Shown: piece by piece, positions 38,638 through 48,841 of the stretch
How positions within the stretch are numbered: the first letter of the stretch is position 1
How the letters are laid out: every line of letters starts with the position of its first letter
Assembly (NCBI GenBank): GCA_029856145.1
Contig: JAHQWK010000030.1
Span: forward strand, 1-64,000
Direction: 5' to 3'
Origin: Promethearchaeia archaeon
Lineage (GTDB): Archaea; Asgardarchaeota; Lokiarchaeia; Sigyniarchaeales; SOKP01
DNA length: 64,000 nucleotides
The notes under the pieces: model-generated
Seen by the model: the letters and a program-made list of their open reading frames with translations, nothing else
Database searches by the model: none
Told to the model about the DNA's origin: nothing
Position numbers and translations under genes: made by a program

Positions 38638-40074
38638 TTGATTGGAATTAAATCATATGGAGCTTATTTACCTAAGTATTTATTACCTAGGGATTTAATT
38701 GCTAAGGCTTGGGATTTTCCGTCTATGCCGGGTACTAAAGCACTAGCTAATGCTGACGAAGACAGCATTACAATGGGAGTTGAGGCTGGTTTGGATTGTT
38801 TATATGGGATTGACCCTAAAACTATTGATGGTCTTTTCTATGCTACAACCACTCAGGTTTATACTGAAAAAAATTCAGCATCGTTTATTGCTAACGTCTT
38901 GGATTTAAGGGATGATATTGTAACTACAGACTTCACAGACTCGTTAAGGGCAGGGACAACTGCAGTATGCAGAGCAGTAGATACTATAAAAGCAAATAAT
39001 GATATAAAAAGGATTCTTGTTATTGCTGCTGATACTAGAGAACCTGAACCAGGAACATTTTGGGAATACGGTTTATCTGATGGTGCTGCTGCCTTACTTA
39101 TTGCCGAAGAAGATTTACTACCAATCTCAATTGAGGATTACTATTCAGTTTCGGCAAATGTTACTGGTCCTTGGAAAAATGTTGGAGATAAATTCATTAA
39201 AACATTTCAGGATAAAATGGATAATAAATTTTATTTTCAAAGCTTAACAAAAGTTATAACTGTACTTTTAGAAAAAAATAATCTAAAACCTGAAGAAATT
39301 GCTACTGCTGCATATCATTATCATGATCCTAGGGTACTTGGCGGAGTCGCGAAGATGGTGAAATTTCCTCCAGGGGTTGCTCAAAATGGGTTATTCCTTC
39401 AAATAGGTTGTACTGGAACTCCAATGGCATTCTTACTTTTAATAGCTGCTCTGAGAAGACCTAAACCTGATGCAAAAATAATTTTCGCAGGGTATGGCGA
39501 TGGAGCAGATGCGATTTTATTACAAGTAAGAGATAAAAACCTTTTAAAAGACGCTTCAAAAGGTCGAATGGGTTTATTAAAACATCAGAAATCGATGAAA
39601 CCAATAGAAAATTATAATACATTGATTGAAAATAAGAAGCTTATTGAAAGAAATAGATATACAAGAAGGAGTTCGGCTGTTACAATCTGGCGTGACACGA
39701 AATCTTTATATCAGATGTATGGGATTAAATGCAAAAAATGCGGAACTATTCAATATCCAATGATGTATAAGAGTTGTTATAATTGCAGAACAGATGACCA
39801 GTTTGATCTTATAAAACTTGCTTTAAAGGGTACTGTTTTTACTTATACCTTAGATCATTTATATGGAGGTGCTTACTTAAATACTCCTGTTCCGAGATGT
39901 GTAATTGATCTGGAGGGTGGTGGTCGTGTAATGTTAGATATGACTGAAATTGAAAAACCAGAGGAAAATGTCAAAATTGATATGCCTGTTGAATTAACCT
40001 TTCGGTTAATGCATGAAGGTGGAGGATTTCGTAATTATTATTGGAAATGCCGCCCTGTGAGGGGGAGGCCTTAA
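38638..40074 (+). CDS. HMG-CoA-synthase-like domain fused to a DUF35 Zn-ribbon/OB-fold
   Basis: GIKSYGAYLP, DEDSITMGVEA, GYGDGADA, then CKKCG..YP...CYNC and VELTFR...YYWKCRP. Confidence 0.85.
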   Translation: MIGIKSYGAYLPKYLLPRDLIAKAWDFPSMPGTKALANADEDSITMGVEAGLDCLYGIDPKTIDGLFYATTTQVYTEKNSASFIANVLDLRDDIVTTDFTDSLRAGTTAVCRAVDTIKANNDIKRILVIAADTREPEPGTFWEYGLSDGAAALLIAEEDLLPISIEDYYSVSANVTGPWKNVGDKFIKTFQDKMDNKFYFQSLTKVITVLLEKNNLKPEEIATAAYHYHDPRVLGGVAKMVKFPPGVAQNGLFLQIGCTGTPMAFLLLIAALRRPKPDAKIIFAGYGDGADAILLQVRDKNLLKDASKGRMGLLKHQKSMKPIENYNTLIENKKLIERNRYTRRSSAVTIWRDTKSLYQMYGIKCKKCGTIQYPMMYKSCYNCRTDDQFDLIKLALKGTVFTYTLDHLYGGAYLNTPVPRCVIDLEGGGRVMLDMTEIEKPEENVKIDMPVELTFRLMHEGGGFRNYYWKCRPVRGRP

Positions 40075-40089
40075 AAGAGGTGAAAAAAA

Positions 40090-41265
40090 ATGGTTAGAAA
40101 AGGAATTGCAGATAAAATTGCTATAATAGGGTGCGACGCAACAAAATTTGGTGAATTATGGGACAAAAATCAATATGATTTACTCTTCGAGGCAGTTCAA
40201 GGTGCTAATAAAGATGCGGGGATAACTAAGGATGAGATAGATGCGGTTTGGGTTGGAATATTTTATTTCTTTACAGGACTTTCAGGTGCTACAGTAGAAG
40301 ATATTTTAAGATTAGATGGTAAACCAATTACTAGAACGGAAAATTATTGTGCTTCGGGGATGGATGCTTTCAGAAATGCGTGCTTTGCTCTTGCTAGTGG
40401 TGCCTATGATGTTGTTCTCGCTTGTGGTGTGGAAAAACTAATGGATGAGTCCTCTAGTGGATTACCCGGCTTTGATTTATTTGGCCATCCAACATTACCT
40501 ATACCTTCTGCCCCTGCGATGTTTAGCATGGCAGCAACAAGATCTTTTCATGAATGGGGTTGGAGTAAGGAAGATTTAGCTCGAGTTGCTGTTAAAAACC
40601 ACGATAACGGATCTCATCATCCTAAAGCACATTTTCGAAGACCAACTACAATTGAAAAAGTAATGAGGGATGTTATGATTGCGGACCCATTGGGGCGTAG
40701 CGATTGTTGTGCTATGAGTGATGGTGCTGCAGCACTGATTTTAACAAGAGTAGAAGATGCTCCAAGTTATGCTCATTCAGATGACTACATTGTTGTAAAA
40801 GCGAATGCTATATCTTGTCAAACAAATACTCCTTGGTATCAGCCATCCCATACCTTCACAAAATTCCCAGCAACACTAAAGGCAGGGGAAATGGCCTATA
40901 AAGAAGCAGGGATTACAAATCCTAGAAAACAAATTGATTGTGCAGAAGTCCATGATTGTTTTACAATTACTGAACTTTTAAACTGTCAAGATTTAAAGTT
41001 TTGCGACAGTGGAATGGCAGCTGAAGAATTAAAGAATGGTACATTTAATTGGGATGGTGAAACTGCTGTTAATCCCTCTGGAGGCTTAAAAGCCTTCGGA
41101 CATCCAATAGGTGCTACTGGCTGTAGAATGTTACAAGAAGTAACAAAACAACTTCAAGGAAGAGCAGAAGGAAGACAAGTGCCAGATGCTAAAATAGGAT
41201 TAGCACATAACCTTGGTGGAGCATTTTGCGTTTGTAGCGTTAGTATTTTAGGTCAAGCAGATTGA
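40090..41265 (+). CDS. Thiolase (SCP2/archaeal type acetyl-CoA acyltransferase)
   Basis: ENYCASG, EVHDCFT, GHPIGATG and HNLGG motifs. SD GAGGTGA. Confidence 0.9.
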   Translation: MVRKGIADKIAIIGCDATKFGELWDKNQYDLLFEAVQGANKDAGITKDEIDAVWVGIFYFFTGLSGATVEDILRLDGKPITRTENYCASGMDAFRNACFALASGAYDVVLACGVEKLMDESSSGLPGFDLFGHPTLPIPSAPAMFSMAATRSFHEWGWSKEDLARVAVKNHDNGSHHPKAHFRRPTTIEKVMRDVMIADPLGRSDCCAMSDGAAALILTRVEDAPSYAHSDDYIVVKANAISCQTNTPWYQPSHTFTKFPATLKAGEMAYKEAGITNPRKQIDCAEVHDCFTITELLNCQDLKFCDSGMAAEELKNGTFNWDGETAVNPSGGLKAFGHPIGATGCRMLQEVTKQLQGRAEGRQVPDAKIGLAHNLGGAFCVCSVSILGQAD

Positions 41266-41298
41266 GATATTAAAATTAAACTTATTTTTCTTTTTATT

Positions 41299-41997
41299 TC
41301 ATTTAAAATCTTTAAACCTAGTCTTTAAATTAGAGTGAATAGATTTGTATAAAACGCTTTCACTTTCTACTAAATTATTTTCTTCCAAAATCATTTTTGC
41401 TTTTTTAAAGTTTTTTTTTGCTTTTCCAAAGGATGAGCTTCCTAGATTATAATCTATTGTTATAAGTTTATCAACTCCATATGCATCGTTTAGGGGTATT
41501 TTATTGATATAAGTTAAACCAATTTGATTGTAGATCTTTGCTTGTTCAGCATGCAAACCCATTTCTTCATATATCTTTTCAGCCTTCTTAAAGTGGTTAA
41601 TGGCTTGTTTAAACTTATCTTGAAGATGTTTCACTCTTCCTAATTTAAAATGATTTTCAGCTAATATCCCATAAAATTTTTTTTTGGTTGCTTTTTTAAT
41701 AGAAGAGTTATAAGCTTCATATGCTTCGTCAAGCAACCCAAGTTCAAAATTGAAGTCTCCCAAATATTTATAAAATTCATGAAGATTCTGAGAAGCAGAA
41801 CTTTTTTTACTAAGCTCTATTGCTTCTTGAACATATTTTAAACCTAACTCATTAGCTTTAATTTCATAGCATAATTCACCTAGTTTTAATAAAAAATGAA
41901 AGATTTCCGAAATACTACCTGAATTTTTAGCAATTTCTAAAGCTTTCTCCAAATTTTTTAACTTTTCATATGGTTTTTCTTCATTTGGATTACTCAT
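41299..41997 (-). CDS. TPR-repeat protein
   Basis: Repeated LG..Y...G....A...Y..A units. Confidence 0.75.
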   Translation of the reverse strand: MSNPNEEKPYEKLKNLEKALEIAKNSGSISEIFHFLLKLGELCYEIKANELGLKYVQEAIELSKKSSASQNLHEFYKYLGDFNFELGLLDEAYEAYNSSIKKATKKKFYGILAENHFKLGRVKHLQDKFKQAINHFKKAEKIYEEMGLHAEQAKIYNQIGLTYINKIPLNDAYGVDKLITIDYNLGSSSFGKAKKNFKKAKMILEENNLVESESVLYKSIHSNLKTRFKDFK

Positions 41998-42162
41998 ATA
42001 GAACACTAATATGAATTATAAATAAAATAATTTAAAACTTCTCATATAAAGAACTATTAAATTTACTATCTCATTAGGTATTAAGTTTTTTCAATAAGTA
42101 TTATAGGGAAAACTGAATAATAAAGAAAAAAAAAGATGTATTAGATTTTTAAGACTAGACTT

Positions 42163-42537
42163 TTATTCAAGTCCTATTTTCGCAGCGTACTTTACTATAA
42201 GAAATATTATAAGCGCTATAATTATGAAATTGATGAAAGCTGCTATGAAATTTCCTATCCCAAATACACCAATTCTAATATCCTGAATACTTTCAAAACC
42301 AGGGATAAATATTCCGATTATTGGTGTTATTATATCTTGAGCTAATGATATAATTAGCGCATTTACAGCGAGACCGAGAATAAACGCTGAAGCTAATCCA
42401 AGAACTTTATATTTCTTGATAAATTGTAAAAATTCAGCAGCAAGATTCTTTGGTTTTTTTGGTTCAGGTTCTGGTTTTGGAGTCAAGAGTTCGCGAATTT
42501 TCTTTAATTCATCTAACATATCATTTTCTTTTGACAT
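42163..42537 (-). CDS. mscL: Large-conductance mechanosensitive channel family protein
   Basis: EFLQFIKKYKVLGLASAFILG...DIITPII...GNFIAAFINFIIIALIIF. Confidence 0.85.
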   Translation of the reverse strand: MSKENDMLDELKKIRELLTPKPEPEPKKPKNLAAEFLQFIKKYKVLGLASAFILGLAVNALIISLAQDIITPIIGIFIPGFESIQDIRIGVFGIGNFIAAFINFIIIALIIFLIVKYAAKIGLE

Positions 42538-42670
42538 ACTATTTTTCTCCTTAATTTAACTTTTTATGAAATTTCTATATATATAAAAATATTGTAAGTT
42601 ATGATTTTTTCACGATTATTTAAAACTTATCTCTATTTTTTAGAAAAAGGAATTCTTATAGAACTTGTTC

Positions 42671-43306
42671 TTAAAAAAATAAGTCCATTATGTCATATAA
42701 TTCGATAAGTTTCTCTATAGTAAGATTTGCTTCTGCCTTTAGATCATCTAAAGTTTTGTTTAAGAGAGATTTTTGCTCTTTCCAAAACACGGTATAAATC
42801 AATCCAAGATACTTTCCATAGACTAATAACCCTCCTTCGAAATCGGAATCTCTTTCTATGGATATTGCTCCAAAAGTATTATCTTCTTCATACTCAGTTA
42901 AGAAATCAACTAAAGATAAATAAAATTTAGAACTCAAAAATGCCCTATCTGAAACACTAGCTACTTTATGTTCAAATCCCCTTCCTCCTTTCCGAGGGAC
43001 TTTAAGATGGTAAAATCTTATATCATCTTTTAACTCATTTATTCGATTTCGAGCATTTTCAAGTAACTGATCATTAAGAGAAATTTCTTCGTCAGCTTCA
43101 ACATCATCTATTTTTTGAGAACCTCTATGCTTGCCATTGTTATCTATAAAAGCAATAAAAGGAGGACAGCTTGAATTATCTGAATGATTTTTTATTAATA
43201 TTGTAAAAAGACCACTCTTTTTTTCATATTCTACATGCTTTCTGAAACTTTCTTTGCAGTAAGGACAAATCATATTGATCAAAGTTGAATCTTCATAACT
43301 ATTCAT
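42671..43306 (-). CDS. Hypothetical protein with N-terminal CxxC/H/C putative zinc site
   Basis: ICPYCK...KNH.....CPPF in a 211-aa ORF. Confidence 0.6.
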   Translation of the reverse strand: MNSYEDSTLINMICPYCKESFRKHVEYEKKSGLFTILIKNHSDNSSCPPFIAFIDNNGKHRGSQKIDDVEADEEISLNDQLLENARNRINELKDDIRFYHLKVPRKGGRGFEHKVASVSDRAFLSSKFYLSLVDFLTEYEEDNTFGAISIERDSDFEGGLLVYGKYLGLIYTVFWKEQKSLLNKTLDDLKAEANLTIEKLIELYDIMDLFF

Positions 43307-43474
43307 GTCTTCTCAAAACGATAATCAAGTGAGAATTTATAAATTTTAGTAAAAAGAAAAAGAATCAAGTACTGATGCATGTTTAGTGGAATTATTTCAT
43401 TTCTTGATTTATTAAATTGAATTTAATAAAAAATATCAAAAAAATATTTAATTTTAAATTAATTTCATTTAATT

Positions 43475-44329
43475 ATGAGTAATAAGGGTTTTAATAAATT
43501 CAAAGGAGACGTTAAAACTGAGAATGTGAAATATCTTGCTGACCCTCAGCTTAGAAATATTGTAAATGTCTCAATAGCTCTAGCACGCCCTTTATTAGTA
43601 AAAGGAGAGCCAGGAACCGGAAAAACCATGCTTGCGCATGCCATAGCTGAAAGTCTAAATAAAAAATTAATGATTTGGAACATTAAAAGCACAAGTGAGG
43701 CCATTGATGGTTGTTACATGTATGATACAGTTCAAAGATTGAATGACAGTAGGTTTGGTTGTGATGACCGAGATGTTGATAACATTCATGACTATATAAC
43801 TCTTGGCCCATTGGGAGAGGCTTTTGTTTCTGATGAACAAGTTGTTCTCTTATTAGATGAGATTGATAAAGCTGATATTGAATTTCCCAATGACCTATTA
43901 CAAGAATTAGATGTTATGGAATTTTATATTAAAGAAACTAAAGAATTCGTGAAAGCTAAAACTAGACCAATTGTAATAATTACATCCAATAATGAGAAAG
44001 AATTACCTGATGCTTTCTTAAGAAGATGTGTATTTCATTGGATAGAATTTCCTTCTAAAGACTTTATGGCAGATATTTGTAAATTACATTATCCTGACTT
44101 AAAGCAACACTTACTGAATCAATGTTTACAACATTTTTATGCATTAAGGGCTATAACAAAAATGAGAAAAATGCCTTCTACTTCTGAACTTCTTGATTGG
44201 ATTGGAGTGTTGTTGAAAAGTGGAATCACAATGGAAGAACTGAAAAAAGAAATACCATTCTTAGGAGTTTTAATTAAAAAGGAAAAAGATTTTGAAATAG
44301 CATTGGATAAAGTAAAATTTCCTACATAA
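43475..44329 (+). CDS. MoxR-family AAA+ ATPase (CoxD-like)
   Basis: GEPGTGKT, LLDEIDKAD.EFPNDLL and ELPDAFLRRC motifs. Confidence 0.9.
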   Translation: MSNKGFNKFKGDVKTENVKYLADPQLRNIVNVSIALARPLLVKGEPGTGKTMLAHAIAESLNKKLMIWNIKSTSEAIDGCYMYDTVQRLNDSRFGCDDRDVDNIHDYITLGPLGEAFVSDEQVVLLLDEIDKADIEFPNDLLQELDVMEFYIKETKEFVKAKTRPIVIITSNNEKELPDAFLRRCVFHWIEFPSKDFMADICKLHYPDLKQHLLNQCLQHFYALRAITKMRKMPSTSELLDWIGVLLKSGITMEELKKEIPFLGVLIKKEKDFEIALDKVKFPT

Positions 44330-44584
44330 AGATAAAATTTCTTTTTCTTATTTCTTGTCATTAAACATGAAAAGAATTATGTTTATACTTTCTAATCGCG
44401 TCTAAATATAACTTCTTTATTATTTTCATAAAATGGTAAGTTAATCTTGACACAACGTAATATCAAGAATAAGAGATACAATGTTTAAAATTCTTTTAAA
44501 AGTTGAAATTTAATCTAAAACTATTAGAGTAATTTTCTATCAAAATCTTGAATAAAATATTTTAGAAAAATAAGTTAGATTAAA

Positions 44585-45511
44585 ATGGAATCTTATAGTA
44601 CATATTTAGATTTTAAATATAGATATAGAACAGTTTCTGTTGATCATTTAGAAGAGTTGCAAGAGGATATCGATAAATTGCGCCGTGAGGGAAAACTCAG
44701 CAATAATGAAGTCTATAGGAGCTATATTGATAGTAAAAAGTTTGAAATCCCCGAAAACCTTCCTAATGCTAAATCGATAATAGTACTTGCGATATTTAGC
44801 AAGTTAGCATTAGTAAATTTTCATTTAGATGGTAAAAAACATGAAATTATGATACCCCCAAATTATTATAATGATGGAACAACATTCGAAGACTTCGAGA
44901 GTCTCATATTAAAAGAGATAATAAAGGAACCAGGCTTTAAAATTGAATATACAAATAAACTTCATGTAAAATTATTAGCTGTCAGAAGTGGGCTTGGAAA
45001 ATATGGTAGGAATAATATTTGTTATGTTGATAAATGGGGTAGCATGATAAATTTATTTGCTTACTTTACGGATTTTCAATTTAAAGAAGATAATTGGACT
45101 GAGATGAGAATGATGGACCAGTGTAAAAATTGTTCTATCTGTATTAAAAAATGTCCCACCGGTGCAATCCCAACACCCTCTGATGAGAATTTTGTAATAA
45201 ATGCAGGTAAATGCATTTCTGTGTATAATGAAATAAAAGGGATAATTCCTGATTGGGTTCCTTCTGATGCACATAACGCTTTAATAGGTTGTATGAGATG
45301 TCAAAAACTTTGTCCAAGCAATCGCGAAGTAATCGGGTTGACAGAAATATTTGAAGATATTACAGAAGAAGAAACTAAAATGATATTAGATGGAATCAGT
45401 GATCAGAAATTGGTAGATTCTCTCTCTAAGAAGCTCAAAATGTTCACTCCTTCTGAGGCAGAACGAGTACTTCCTGTTATTAAAAGAAATCTTTCAGTTT
45501 TGGTGCAATAA
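44585..45511 (+). CDS. QueG/reductive-dehalogenase-like 4Fe-4S protein
   Basis: KLLAVRSGLGKYGRNN, CKNCSICIKKCP and GCMRCQKLCP motifs. Confidence 0.75.
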   Translation: MESYSTYLDFKYRYRTVSVDHLEELQEDIDKLRREGKLSNNEVYRSYIDSKKFEIPENLPNAKSIIVLAIFSKLALVNFHLDGKKHEIMIPPNYYNDGTTFEDFESLILKEIIKEPGFKIEYTNKLHVKLLAVRSGLGKYGRNNICYVDKWGSMINLFAYFTDFQFKEDNWTEMRMMDQCKNCSICIKKCPTGAIPTPSDENFVINAGKCISVYNEIKGIIPDWVPSDAHNALIGCMRCQKLCPSNREVIGLTEIFEDITEEETKMILDGISDQKLVDSLSKKLKMFTPSEAERVLPVIKRNLSVLVQ

Positions 45512-45840
45512 ACTTCTTAGAATTTATTTGGGTTTATTTTAAAATAAATATAAAAATTGTATTTTTCAATTTTATTGAAGTAAATTAGTATGGATATGTA
45601 TAAACTTCTTCAAGATATAAATCAAAAGATGATATGAGTCGACTTACAATATAATCAATAGATGAATCCGAAATTTTTTCAGCTCTTTTTATCATAGAAA
45701 CTTTTCTAATAAATTTGAGTTAACAAAAAAAATTAGTTAAATCAGCATAAACTTTAAATAATACCAGTTAATTATAATTAATTAATCTCAATTACATTTA
45801 ATTAAATATAATTATAATAATAAATATCGGTTTAATAAAA

Positions 45841-45996
45841 ATGTCAATTGGTTGGGAAATTGGAAAAGAGGCGCAAGAATTAGATGAAAAATCAATTAAA
45901 GAAAGAATGAAGATCGAACGGCGTTCTATTAAGAGGGTCGGTTTTGCATTAATCCTTTATTCTATAACAATAATATTATTCTACTTCTGTTTATAA
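45841..45996 (+). CDS. Small 51-aa protein with a single C-terminal TM helix
   Basis: MSIGWEIGKEAQELDEKSIKERMKIERRSIKRVGFALILYSITIILFYFCL*. Ends 12 nt before the TauE gene and is not in the ORF track. Confidence 0.55.
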   Translation: MSIGWEIGKEAQELDEKSIKERMKIERRSIKRVGFALILYSITIILFYFCL

Positions 45997-46008
45997 GGTT
46001 CTACCCTC

Positions 46009-46800
46009 ATGGAATTATTTTTAATTATTATCATTTTAGCCTTTATCTTTGAATCTATGGATTCTATGGCTGGTATGGGTTTTGGCACAGCATTATCACC
46101 GCTTCTATTCTTATTAGGGTATACTCCACTTCAAGTTGTTCCAACTATCCTCATTTCAGAAGCAATAACTGGCATAGTTGATACTTTTTTTGATCATGAA
46201 TTTAAGAATGTTCAATATTCTTTCCGTCCCTTAAATGATGCCACAAAAATAGGGCTAATAATGGCTTTCTTTGGATGTATAGCTATATTTATATCGGTTC
46301 TTCTAGGCTATTTTGCTATAAAATTCCCTGTTATTGTAATTAAAACCTATGTCGCAATATTAGTCCTTTTTATGGGTATTTCAGGATTCATTAGAGTTAA
46401 ATTAAGAAAAATAGAGTTTTCTAAAACACACCCTAAATTACTTATTGGATTTTCGGCATTAGCAGGTTTTAATAAGGGAATTGGAGGAGGAGGATACGGC
46501 CCCGTAATTACCATGGGACAAATTTTTTCTGGTGTTTATGAAAAAAGCGCAACGGCTATTGTATCATTCTCAGAATCAATAGTTTCAGTTGTAGGGATTT
46601 TGACATTTTTTTTAGTTAGTTTTGCAGGTGTCCAAATAGATTTGGTTCTTTTACCATCAATATTTACAGGAGGGTTTATAGCAGCGCTTTCAGCCCCATA
46701 TTTAGTAAGGGTACTACCAAATAAAATTTGGAAATATTTCATACCATCATATGCATTTGGAATTGGAATATTTTTATTAGTAAAAATAATAATGCTATAA
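46009..46800 (+). CDS. TauE/SafE family permease
   Basis: DSMAGMGFGTALSPLL and GIGGGGYGP repeats, about 8 TM segments. Confidence 0.85.
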   Translation: MELFLIIIILAFIFESMDSMAGMGFGTALSPLLFLLGYTPLQVVPTILISEAITGIVDTFFDHEFKNVQYSFRPLNDATKIGLIMAFFGCIAIFISVLLGYFAIKFPVIVIKTYVAILVLFMGISGFIRVKLRKIEFSKTHPKLLIGFSALAGFNKGIGGGGYGPVITMGQIFSGVYEKSATAIVSFSESIVSVVGILTFFLVSFAGVQIDLVLLPSIFTGGFIAALSAPYLVRVLPNKIWKYFIPSYAFGIGIFLLVKIIML

Positions 46801-46959
46801 ATTGTAATCTCTAATAAGGTGTCCAAATTAATTTTAACTCGACTAAAGATTATAATAAAAGGAAAAAAAAGAATCTCAAGATTAATTTATGTCTAGGTTA
46901 AAAAATGAATAATTTGAAATATCACTACAAAAAAGACCAATCCACATACTAATCCAACT

Positions 46960-47409
46960 CTATCTTACAACCAATACATCACATCGAGCATATTTTACAA
47001 CTTTAGTCGAGACAGTCCCCAATAACACTTCTTTTATCTTAGAATGGTATCCCTTTGAACCCAAAACTACAAGATCAAAATTCTCTTTTTCAACAATTCG
47101 TGCAATATATTCCTCAGGCGATTCATCCTCAATTAAGCGAGTTTCGGCGGGAAGTTGTGATTTATCGAAAACCTTTTTAGTCTTTTCAAGTAAAACTTCT
47201 CCTGCTTTTTTACTAACTTCTTCAATATTACAATAAATTTTTACAGGAAGAAATGCGTCAGGATATAATGATTTTGGAAGTTTATGATGTTTTATTGAAT
47301 GAAATATCACCACCTTGCAATTCCATAACTTTTGGAATTCTAGAACTTGTTCAGTTGCATTATTGGAATGGAATGACCCATCAACGGCAAGTAAAATCTT
47401 TTTATATAT
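46960..47409 (-). CDS. Universal stress protein (UspA family)
   Basis: YKKILLAVDGS, DLVVLGSKG and LLGTVSTKVV motifs. The start is ATA 47409 or GTG 47418. Confidence 0.88.
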   Translation of the reverse strand: MYKKILLAVDGSFHSNNATEQVLEFQKLWNCKVVIFHSIKHHKLPKSLYPDAFLPVKIYCNIEEVSKKAGEVLLEKTKKVFDKSQLPAETRLIEDESPEEYIARIVEKENFDLVVLGSKGYHSKIKEVLLGTVSTKVVKYARCDVLVVR

Positions 47410-47441
47410 CTTTATCACCTTGAATTGATTAATTATTAAAC

Positions 47442-47633
47442 TTAATCCTTCAACTTCGCGAAGCAATCTTCACAAAAAAAAATCCTTCGTACTTTAGTAG
47501 CATCCCAAACCATATGACCTGATTTATGCTTCGTTTCGCAACCCCAACACAGTTTAAATACTTTAGTATCAACAAGATAAACATCTTCTGCTTTAAAAAT
47601 ATCGTCTTTTATTATCTCTTTATAACTTTTCAA
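47442..47633 (-). CDS. Small CxxC...CxxC zinc-finger protein
   Basis: CWGC...CEDC, TTG start. Confidence 0.6.
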   Translation of the reverse strand: MKSYKEIIKDDIFKAEDVYLVDTKVFKLCWGCETKHKSGHMVWDATKVRRIFFCEDCFAKLKD

Positions 47634-47663
47634 TTTTTTAACAACTCATTTCTATATTGATTT

Positions 47664-47792
47664 TGAATGAATATTCAATATTATAGACTATGTAATATAT
47701 ATCAGTACAGCAATTTAAGAGTTGTGAATAATCATTCAATTTGTAGTTATAAATGCTAATCATTAAATTTAAGTTTTAAGAATAATTATTCA
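47664..47792. promoter_or_regulatory. Three copies of the 14-bp palindrome TGAATAATTATTCA (47664, 47725, 47779)
   Basis: TGAATGAATATTCA, TGAATAATCATTCA and AGAATAATTATTCA in a divergent promoter. Confidence 0.75.
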
Positions 47793-47853
47793 CAAACCAT
47801 AATTGTTTTTTTTAAAAATTTAAAAAACAATAATAAGAATATGTGTGAGAAAT

Positions 47854-48234
47854 ATGAATAGAATAATTGGAATTCCTTCTGATGGCCCTGAAACTTCTGA
47901 TAGCATATCACCCCATTTTGGACATTGTAGCTATTTCGTTGGAATTGAAATCTATGATGATGGTAAGTTCAAAAAGGTTTTTGCATTACCTAATGGTGGT
48001 GATTCTGGCTGTAAGGAACCGGTTATGAACATGAAACAAAAAAATGTTACCGATATGATTTTAACTGGTATAGGGATGCGTCCATTCATGGGTTTTCAAC
48101 AAGTTAACATAAATTTATTTCAAGGTGTCAATGGAAGCATTGAAAGAAATGTGAGAATGTTATTAGATGACCAATTAACATCTTTAAACAACTCTAGCTG
48201 TGGAGATAACTCAGAACATGCTCACACTCATTAA
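47854..48234 (+). CDS. NifB/NifX-family (dinitrogenase FeMo-cofactor-binding-like) protein 1
   Basis: ISPHFGHCSYF, GIGMRP and a C-terminal CGDNSEHAHTH. Confidence 0.85.
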   Translation: MNRIIGIPSDGPETSDSISPHFGHCSYFVGIEIYDDGKFKKVFALPNGGDSGCKEPVMNMKQKNVTDMILTGIGMRPFMGFQQVNINLFQGVNGSIERNVRMLLDDQLTSLNNSSCGDNSEHAHTH

Positions 48235-48274
48235 TTTGAAATAAAAAATTATATTTTAAAATAGATGAATTTAA

Positions 48275-48775
48275 ATGCCAAGTTTTAAAGAAACATATGA
48301 AGCCATTAAGGCAGATTGGAATGCTGGTGAAAAAAATTTCAATGTAAAGTGTTCAATGCTTAATGAGGGAATGCAGTGTGAAGTTACTATGGGCGCAAAA
48401 CCACATGTAATGATAATTGATGCCCCGGGTGGATTAGATGGTACTGATGAGGGGCCTTCTCCGTTATTAGCAATTTTAGGAGCCATTGGTGCTTGCATTA
48501 TAGCAGTAACAAAATTTTGGGCAAAAATAATGGATATTAAGATTAATGAACTTGAAGTTTTTTCACGAGGACATATCAACCTAGGTGCTCTCTTTGGGAT
48601 TGATGATTCAAAATTAGCAGGTTATGATAAACTTGAACCTGTCATTAGAATTAAAGCAGATGCTCCCGAAGAAAAAATCAACGAATTGATGGATAAAGTT
48701 CTCACCCATTGCCCTGTAATTACTAATTTTAATGGAGCTTCTCCAATCAAACCAAAGGTTCAGATTAAAAAATAA
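48275..48775 (+). CDS. OsmC family protein
   Basis: DAPGGLDGTDEGPSP, GAC and HCPV motifs. Confidence 0.85.
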   Translation: MPSFKETYEAIKADWNAGEKNFNVKCSMLNEGMQCEVTMGAKPHVMIIDAPGGLDGTDEGPSPLLAILGAIGACIIAVTKFWAKIMDIKINELEVFSRGHINLGALFGIDDSKLAGYDKLEPVIRIKADAPEEKINELMDKVLTHCPVITNFNGASPIKPKVQIKK

Positions 48776-48841
48776 ATAATATTCTCAATTTTTTTTTATT
48801 TTAAATTAGAAAGTAATTTCTTTAATTTATATAAAATTATC

